From an uncultured Planctomycetota bacterium (GTDB lineage Bacteria; Planctomycetota; Planctomycetia; Isosphaerales; Isosphaeraceae): a DNA stretch of 64,000 nucleotides. Positions 57,330-64,000 of this stretch are shown here, in pieces. The stretch spans positions 352,001-416,000 of the forward strand of contig CAWJTV010000034.1 in assembly GCA_963845755.1 (NCBI GenBank), written 5' to 3'. Numbering within the stretch: position 1 is the stretch's first letter; the number at the start of each line of letters is the position of its first letter. Below the pieces are notes generated by a model. The model had not been told where the DNA came from and did no database searches. It worked only from the letters and a program-made list of their open reading frames with translations. Position numbers and translations under genes: made by a program.

Positions 57330-57461
57330 TCCGGCGATGGGCCGGTGGTCATGGCCTGGGGGCGGAATCGATCGCTCCGCCGTGAGTGCGGTGGTCTCGC
57401 GGCGGGGGACGTCGGCCGCTATCATGGCGCGCGCCTCGGCGCGCGCCCGTGGATCCTCTGA

Positions 57462-57580
57462 GAGTCTGTCCCAGAAGGGCGAGCGGGGGGCGTCAGCCCC
57501 CTGTCCGGTGAGCGACGGACCTCCAAGACAGGGGCTGACGCCCCCCGCTCGCCCGGACCGGCCCCTTCGGGGACAGACTC
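57462..57580. mobile_element. 119-bp MITE-like element with 11-bp TIRs and a TGA target-site duplication
   Basis: TGA|GAGTCTGTCCC...GGGACAGACTC|TGA, with an internal long hairpin GGGCGAGCGGGGGGCGTCAGCCCC(C)TGT / ACAGGGGCTGACGCCCCCCGCTCGCCC. Confidence 0.75.
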
Positions 57581-57657
57581 TGAGTGACCCTTGCGGGGAG
57601 TGCGCGGCTCCGAGGGAGGGTTTGCGACCTGCCGACGACCAACCAGGAATACCACCA

Positions 57658-58518
57658 ATGCACGACAATTCGCTCAGTTTGCAGCCGAGGACGGACTTCA
57701 GCCGACGGGAGTTCGTCGTGACGTCGCTCGCCGCCGGGTTCGCCCTCGCGGCTCAGCCGGTCTCTGCGCAGACGATCACCACCGACACCAAGGGACTGGA
57801 AGCCGGCGAGGTGAAGGTCCCGGTCCCGGACGGCGAGATTCCGGCCTACCGCGCCATGCCGGCGGAAGGGGAGAAGTTCCCGACGATCCTGGTCGTCCAG
57901 GAAATCTTCGGGGTCCACGAACACATCAAGGACGTCTGCCGCCGGTTGGCCAAGCTGGGATACTACGCCATCGCACCCGAGATGTACGCCCGTCAGGGGG
58001 ACGTCTCCAATCTCAAGGATTTCCAGGAAATCCTCAAGATCGTGATGAAGGTCCCCGACGCTCAGGTCATGTCCGACCTGGACGCGGCCGTGGCCTATGC
58101 GAAGAAATCCGGCAAGGCCGACACCGCCAGGCTCGGCATCACCGGCTTCTGCTGGGGCGGTCGCATCGTCTGGCTCTACGGCGCGCACAACCCCAACCTG
58201 AAGGCAGGGGTCGCCTGGTACGGCCGGCTCGTCGGTCAGGCCGATGACCTTCATCCCAAACATCCCGTCGACGTCGCAGCGTCGATCAAGGCCCCCATCC
58301 TCGGCCTTTATGGTGCGGCGGACCAGGGCATCCCGGTTTCCTCGGTCAACCAGATGCGCACTGCGATGAAGGAAGCGGGCAACACCGCCGAGATCATCGT
58401 CTATCCGGACACGCCCCATGCCTTCTTCGCCGACTACCGGCCGAGCTACCGCAAGGAGCAGGCCGAGGACGGCTGGAAGCGCCTGCTCGTATGGTTCAAG
58501 AAGAACGGCCTGGCGTGA
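57658..58518 (+). CDS. Dienelactone hydrolase family protein with Tat signal
   Basis: SRREFV Tat motif; [23 protein letters not shown] and [11 protein letters not shown]. Confidence 0.92.
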   Translation: MHDNSLSLQPRTDFSRREFVVTSLAAGFALAAQPVSAQTITTDTKGLEAGEVKVPVPDGEIPAYRAMPAEGEKFPTILVVQEIFGVHEHIKDVCRRLAKLGYYAIAPEMYARQGDVSNLKDFQEILKIVMKVPDAQVMSDLDAAVAYAKKSGKADTARLGITGFCWGGRIVWLYGAHNPNLKAGVAWYGRLVGQADDLHPKHPVDVAASIKAPILGLYGAADQGIPVSSVNQMRTAMKEAGNTAEIIVYPDTPHAFFADYRPSYRKEQAEDGWKRLLVWFKKNGLA

Positions 58519-58713
58519 GTGACCTGGAAAGCAAAGTACGAGCGGCCCTGACGGCGAGGGGATGACCATCGGCGCCGCCAAGGGCCGCTCTCGTTATCAT
58601 GGAATCCGGAGCCAGCGAGGAGGCCAATCGATCCCGCCGCGACCACCCGGGAGCGGAACACATCCTTACTTCTGCGAGGGTCCCTCGGCCGGCACCAGCC
58701 AGGGAGTTCCTCC

Positions 58714-61700
58714 ATGCGCAACCTGTCTTATCATTGCTGGTCAATGGCCCTTCTCGCATCGCTCGGCTCGGGCGGCTGCAACAGTTCCAGACCGGACGTC
58801 GCCTCTCACGCGGCGGACCATCCCGAGGAGGCCAAGGCCAATCCCAAGCCTGAGTCCGGTGAAGGAATCCCGCCCGACCGGCTCGATTCCATTTTGAAAG
58901 CGCACTACCACGGCCTCGGGTCCATCGAGCGGTACGATTACGAGAAGGCCGCCGAGTCATTCCGGAAGGTCCACGAGCTGGCACCGCAGTGGATCCCGGG
59001 ATCGATCAACCTTGCGATTGCCCTGATGCACGACACAGGTGTTCGAAGGGATGGACTGGGACTGTCTGATGAACGACATCCGTGGCCGAGGCGCTCGCTC
59101 TTTTCAATGATGTCATCGAGCGCGATCCCAGGAACAAGCACGCCCGATACTGTCGCGGGCTGATGTTCGAGATGGTCGATCAATTCGAGAAGGCCCATGC
59201 CGACTTCCAGGTCGTCGTTGACCAGGATCCGAACGATGCTCACGCCTGGTACATGCTGGGCTCGACCGTGGGACACATGGTGAAAGGTGGTCGTCAAGCG
59301 GACGAGCAGATCGCGGACTTAAAGAAGGCCCTGGAGTGCAATCCGTATCTATCAGCCGCGGTGTACAAACTGTCTTTCGCCTACCGCTTGGCAGGTGATC
59401 AGGAGGCGACGAAGACGCTTCTCAACCTCTGGAAACAGCTCGATGGAGGACAAAGCGGCAGTCGCTTCGGCGATGAGATGGCGAAACTCTACGGCGTGGA
59501 AGGCCGCTATGCCCAGGTGATCAACCCGCTCGTCGATCAAAAGGCTCCCTCGAGCCCGATCCGGCCTCCTCGATTCGATCTCCCGGCGCCGATGAAGGTC
59601 CAACTCTCGGAAGGAGAGCGTTGGGTGTCGTCGTCGGATTTCACGGGCCGGATGGCCGTCATTGGTCGGGCGCGGGCGCGCTTCGGCGCCCCGATCGTGG
59701 CGTTCGACGCCGATGATGACGGCCGGACCGATCTCCTCCTGCCTGCGGCCATCGTCGGTCCGCGAGGCATCCGCGACGCCCTACTCCTGAATCGTGGCGA
59801 AGGGTCCTTCGAGGATGCAACCCTGCTATGGGGTTTGCCGACCGATCGAGCGAGCCTGGGTGCAGCCGCGGGCGACTTTGACGGCGATGGCCGCGTGGAC
59901 CTCTTTCTCACCGGCATCGGGGACAACTTCCTGTATCGCAACGAGAGACCTAACCGCTTCCAGGACGTGACGAAAGCCGCGGGCGTGGGCGGTCCTCCCG
60001 CGCTGAGCGTGACGGCGCGGTGGCTCGACCTCGACCAGGACGGCGATCTCGACTTGTATGTCGTCAACTACACCGGCATCGATCATCTTGACCAGGCGCT
60101 TCACCGACAAGACACCCCCCGGGATCGCCAATAGCGTGTATCGCAACGATGGCCAACCATCGCCCATTCCCGGCACTCCGCCGAGCGAGTGGGCTCCCCG
60201 GGCGATGGCCCGAGATCCCGCGAAGGTGCCCTCGGGCCTCTCGATCAAGATGACCCCCTGGACCGGCTCCGAGGCGATTCTCGGCGGTGTTGCCGCCCAC
60301 ACAGGGCTGGCCCTGCTCGATCTCGACGACGATCGCGACCTGGACCTCGTGCTCGCCGCCGAGGGCGCAGTTCCGCACGCGATCCTCAATGATCGCATCG
60401 GGCGACTTCCATGCTGCGACGATCCAGGGTCCCGCGCCGCGCGTCGCGGATGCAGGACTGCTCGTCATCGATCTCGACAGTGACAATCACCCCGATCTCG
60501 TGGCCTCGGATGCCGGGGGCAAGGTGACAGCGTGGAGAAACGTCACCTTCCGCAAGCGCGCTGACGTGACGATCGCTCTCGAGCGCTGGCCGACCAATGC
60601 TGTCGGCTGCCGGGGCGCCATGGCCGCCGATGTCGACCTTGATGGCCGGCCCGACCTGCTGGGCCTGACTTCGTCCGATGGCTTGCCGATCCCCGGATGG
60701 GCACGAAACAACGGCATGCGCCTCTCCGCGATGAGTCTGCCAATCGGCCCCGACGATTCGGGAGCCCGCACGATCCCGGCGATGGCCTGGTCAGACCTGG
60801 CCGGCGATGCGCTCCCCGACCTCGTCTTCATCAAGGATGGCGAGAGTCCTCGGGTGGTCCGCAACCTGGGTAACGGACATCACTGGCTGGCGCTCCGGCT
60901 CAGCGGCCGATGGGCGTCCTTTGGCCGGCTGAGGACCAATCCCCACGGGATCGGAGCGCGGGTCTGGCTCCAGGGGCCGAACCTGAATGTCCCGTTTGAT
61001 GCCACCACGCTCGAGTCGGGACTGTCGCAATCGTGCGTCCCCCTCACCCTGGGCCTGGGTTCAAATGACGCATCGGCCGTCATGCACGTCCGCTGGCCGG
61101 ATGGCGTCAACCAGTGCGAGTTGAACGTCCCGGCCGATCAGACACTCTCCCTGGTGGAAACGACGCACCGCGTGAGCACCTGCCCGATCCTCTTCGCCTG
61201 GGATGGCCGACGGTTTCATTGCGTCGGCGACCTGCTCGATGGGGCTGGCCTGGGTTACTATCTCGCGCCCGGCGTCTGGAACGAGCCCGACCGCGACGAA
61301 GCCGTCGCCATCGACGGGAGTCAACTCCAGGCGGCCGATGGCGTGTACCGCGTGATCATCACAGAACCCATGGACGAAGTGGCGTACCTGGACCATCTGA
61401 CTCTCGAGGTGGTTGATCGACCGCCAGGCGTCTCGACGGCTCCGGATGAACGGTTCGTGGCCGAGGGAACCCGGCCGACCGGTCAGATCCTCGCCTGGAA
61501 ACGCAGCATCGAGCCCGTGAAGGCAACGGACCTCACGGGCAACGATCTGACCGAGACCCTCCGCTCCTGGGATCGCCGCACGGCGGACCACTTCAAGCGG
61601 CTGGAAGGTTGGAATGGCTATGCCCAGGAACATGGGATCGTCCTGGACTTCGGCGACCGCTTGTCTCGATTGAGTGGGTCCGACCGCCTCAGCCTTTGCC

Positions 61701-62478
61701 TCGCGGGTTGGGTCGAGTTTCCCTTCTCGCAGACCAATTACGCGGCCTCGACAGCCGGAGTTCCGCTGCGGCTCCCCGTACTCGAGCGCCGGCAGGAGGA
61801 TGGGAGCTGGACGCCCATCGACGCGAATCCGGGTTGTCCGTCGGGCTTGCCGAAGCTCACAATGCTCGATGTTACCGGAAAGCTCAACGGCCCGCGATGC
61901 GTCATCCGGCTCCGGACCAACCTGGAGTGCTATTGGGATCAGGCATTCCTGGCTGTCGTCGAGCCGGACCCTGGCATTCGGGTGACGTCTTTACCTGTGA
62001 CTCGCGCAGTCCTGGGTTATCGCGGTTACACGCTCGAGAGCTCGCCCGACGGTCGGATGCCCATGCTCTACGATTACGACAACGTCGTCCCCATGCCCCT
62101 GGCGCGGATGTCGGGGTATCTGACCCGATACGGGCAGGTCGCCCCGTTGCTCCAGGCGGACGACGATCGTCTCTGCCTGGTCGGGCCGGGTGACGAGGTC
62201 CGAGTGGACTTCGACGGGACGTCCGTTCCGGGTCTCGCACTGGGCTGGACGCGCTGCTACGTCCTGCGCACGGTAGGATATTGCAAGGACGCCGATCTCT
62301 TCACGGCAACGGGAGACACGGTGGGGCCGCTCCCCTGGCGCGGATGAAATCCTACCCGTTCGGTCCGGAGGGACAGCGTCCGGCAGACGCGGCCTACCAC
62401 GCCTACATCAGGGACTATCAAACGCGCGCGCGGCGGGCAATGTGGGAAACGACAGGAACGGCTCGCCCCAGGCGGTGA
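58714..62478 (+). CDS. Second TPR + FG-GAP + ASPIC/UnbV lipoprotein, paralogue of 27686-31492 (frameshifts near 59075, 60100, 60400, 62340)
   Basis: Lipobox-like LGSGGC; WIPGSINLAIAL; DLDQDGDLDLY; NPHGIGARV; STCPILFAWDG; GYCKDADLFTA. Confidence 0.85.
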
Positions 62479-62586
62479 CCCCGAAACCGCCACGGACCCG
62501 ATGATTCGTTCGGCCGCAATGACTTCCACGCGGTTCCCAGGCGTCTTATGATGAGGTGGACGTTCGCGGGGCAAGGGGGATGAGCC

Positions 62587-64000
62587 ATGTCCCAATCCAC
62601 GGCCGGACAAAACCCACTCGTTGGCCTGATCGCACTGCGAATCGGCTGGATCACGCGCAACGCCCTGGACGCGGCAACGAGCGCCGCAACTCGGCAGAAA
62701 GACCGATCGATCGGCCGGATCCTGGTGGAGCAGGGGGAGTTGGCCGAAGACGAGCGACTCCTGCTGGAATCGCTCGCGCAAAAACACCTGTCGAAGCACG
62801 GCGATGAGGCGGGGCGCCGGCTCTGGACGTCGGGCTCGATGGAAGGGCTTCCGGACGACCTTCCGTCTCTCGGGACCGAACCGGATTCCGGGACCGGCCC
62901 GAGCCAGACGTCGCGACGGCCGCTCGCAAGGCGCAAGGCGTGGATCGCGGCGCTGGGGACCAGCCTGGCGGCCCTGACGGTGGGATTCGCCGTGGTCGGC
63001 TACCTGGGGCAGGAAACCGATCGCCAGCGCCGGCGGGCCGATCACGATTTCGTCAAGGCCGCCGATACCGTCGAGCAGCTCCTGACTCGCATCGGCGAGG
63101 ATCGGCTGAGGGATCTGCCGCAGTTGGAATCCCTCCGGGCCGAGCTCCTCGACGACGCCGTCCAGTTCCAGCTCGGGCTCCTGGCCGAACGCAGCGACGA
63201 TCCTGAGGTCCTGTTCAGGGTCACCCGCGCCGCCCGGATGGCCGCCAACCTCCAGGTCCAGTTGAATCGCCAGGAGGAGGCCGAACGGACGTGCATCCAG
63301 GCGATCTCGATCGTGGACGAGCTGATCGCCCGAGCGCCGCGTGACCTGAGATATCGCCGCGAGCGGGCTGTGCTCTCCGATACCCTCGGGCTGAGTCTCG
63401 CCAAGCTCGGCCGCATCGACGAGGCCGAGACGGCCTACCGGGAAGCCATCGACATCCGCGGTTTGATCGTCCAGGAAGACCCCAGGTCGGGCGAGGACCG
63501 CTGGCGGATGGCCGTGGGCCTCGATCAACTGGCGGTCATGCTCCAGGGTGGCGGCCGATGGGAGGAGGCCGAACACTTCTTCGTCCGCGGGCAACAGCTC
63601 TGCCTGGCCAATCCGCCATCGAGCCCGGCCGACCCGCGAGTCCGCCAGCAACTCGTGACCATCCTGGACCATCTCGGCCGGCTCCTCATGGACCGTGGGA
63701 AACCCACCGAGGCGCTGAAGAGCTATGCGGAGGCCGTCGCCGCCCAGAAGACCCTGGTCGCGTCCGCCCCCCGCTCCGGCGGCTTCCGCGAGCTGCTGGT
63801 CCGGCTCTTGCTCGATCAGTCCGGCGCGCTGAGCGGCAGCGGCCGGTCCGCCGAGGCGGAGCGGACACTCCTCGAGGCCCGCGCGCTGATCGATCCCTTG
63901 AGGGCCGATCATCCCGCGATCGCCGCCTATCAAGAGCTCGGCGCCTCCGTGTACGCAACGCTCGCCCACGCGATCCGCCGCGACCCGGCGCGGGGTCCCG
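62587..64000 (+). CDS. Membrane-anchored TPR protein resembling planctomycete Ser/Thr kinases but lacking the kinase domain (runs off the window)
   Basis: Manual translation MSQSTAGQNPLVGLIALRIGWITRNALDAA..SIGRILVEQGEL..HLSKHG, a short linker, TM WIAALGTSLAALTVGFAVVGYL, then LRDLPQLESLRAELL and TPR-like repeats. Absent from the ORF track because there is no stop in the window. Confidence 0.7.
   Translation, partial: MSQSTAGQNPLVGLIALRIGWITRNALDAATSAATRQKDRSIGRILVEQGELAEDERLLLESLAQKHLSKHGDEAGRRLWTSGSMEGLPDDLPSLGTEPDSGTGPSQTSRRPLARRKAWIAALGTSLAALTVGFAVVGYLGQETDRQRRRADHDFVKAADTVEQLLTRIGEDRLRDLPQLESLRAELLDDAVQFQLGLLAERSDDPEVLFRVTRAARMAANLQVQLNRQEEAERTCIQAISIVDELIARAPRDLRYRRERAVLSDTLGLSLAKLGRIDEAETAYREAIDIRGLIVQEDPRSGEDRWRMAVGLDQLAVMLQGGGRWEEAEHFFVRGQQLCLANPPSSPADPRVRQQLVTILDHLGRLLMDRGKPTEALKSYAEAVAAQKTLVASAPRSGGFRELLVRLLLDQSGALSGSGRSAEAERTLLEARALIDPLRADHPAIAAYQELGASVYATLAHAIRRDPARGP

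Noticed and set aside
62257..63969. 570-aa minus-strand ORF and other long antisense ORFs (e.g. 53908-55674, 28633-30219, 1833-3110)
   Set aside because: Shadow ORFs of real genes in high-GC DNA, with no recognisable motifs.

Overview
GC-rich bacterial chromosomal DNA. Gene families point to a planctomycete, probably Isosphaeraceae-like (inference): a LERLDERILLS N-terminal motif, ECF sigma factor / Ser-Thr kinase-TPR modules, FG-GAP/ASPIC-UnbV lipoproteins, PEP-CTERM proteins and tRNA genes without encoded CCA. Many genes, including proS and ilvB, have 1-2 bp frameshifts, best explained as long-read or assembly indels. Housekeeping genes are ilvB, xerC, proS, csrA, pncB, parB, rpiA, deoC, rnc and five tRNAs. 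They flank an accessory block at about 14-27.5 kb of secreted proteins: a beta-propeller-like protein, a G8-domain protein, an S53 protease fused to three bulb-type lectin domains, a PEP-CTERM protein, and a split ECF/kinase pair. The clearest non-coding signals are three good and one degenerate parS palindromes upstream of a parA-less parB, which suggests an origin-proximal centromere region. There are also REP/REPIN-type palindromes and a 119-bp MITE with a TGA target duplication. Several signalling proteins look degenerate: a GAFTGA-less, Asp-less NtrC-like regulator, a sensor-less pseudo-histidine kinase next to parB, and a kinase-less STK-TPR homologue. All calls come from reading motifs by eye; no database searches were run.
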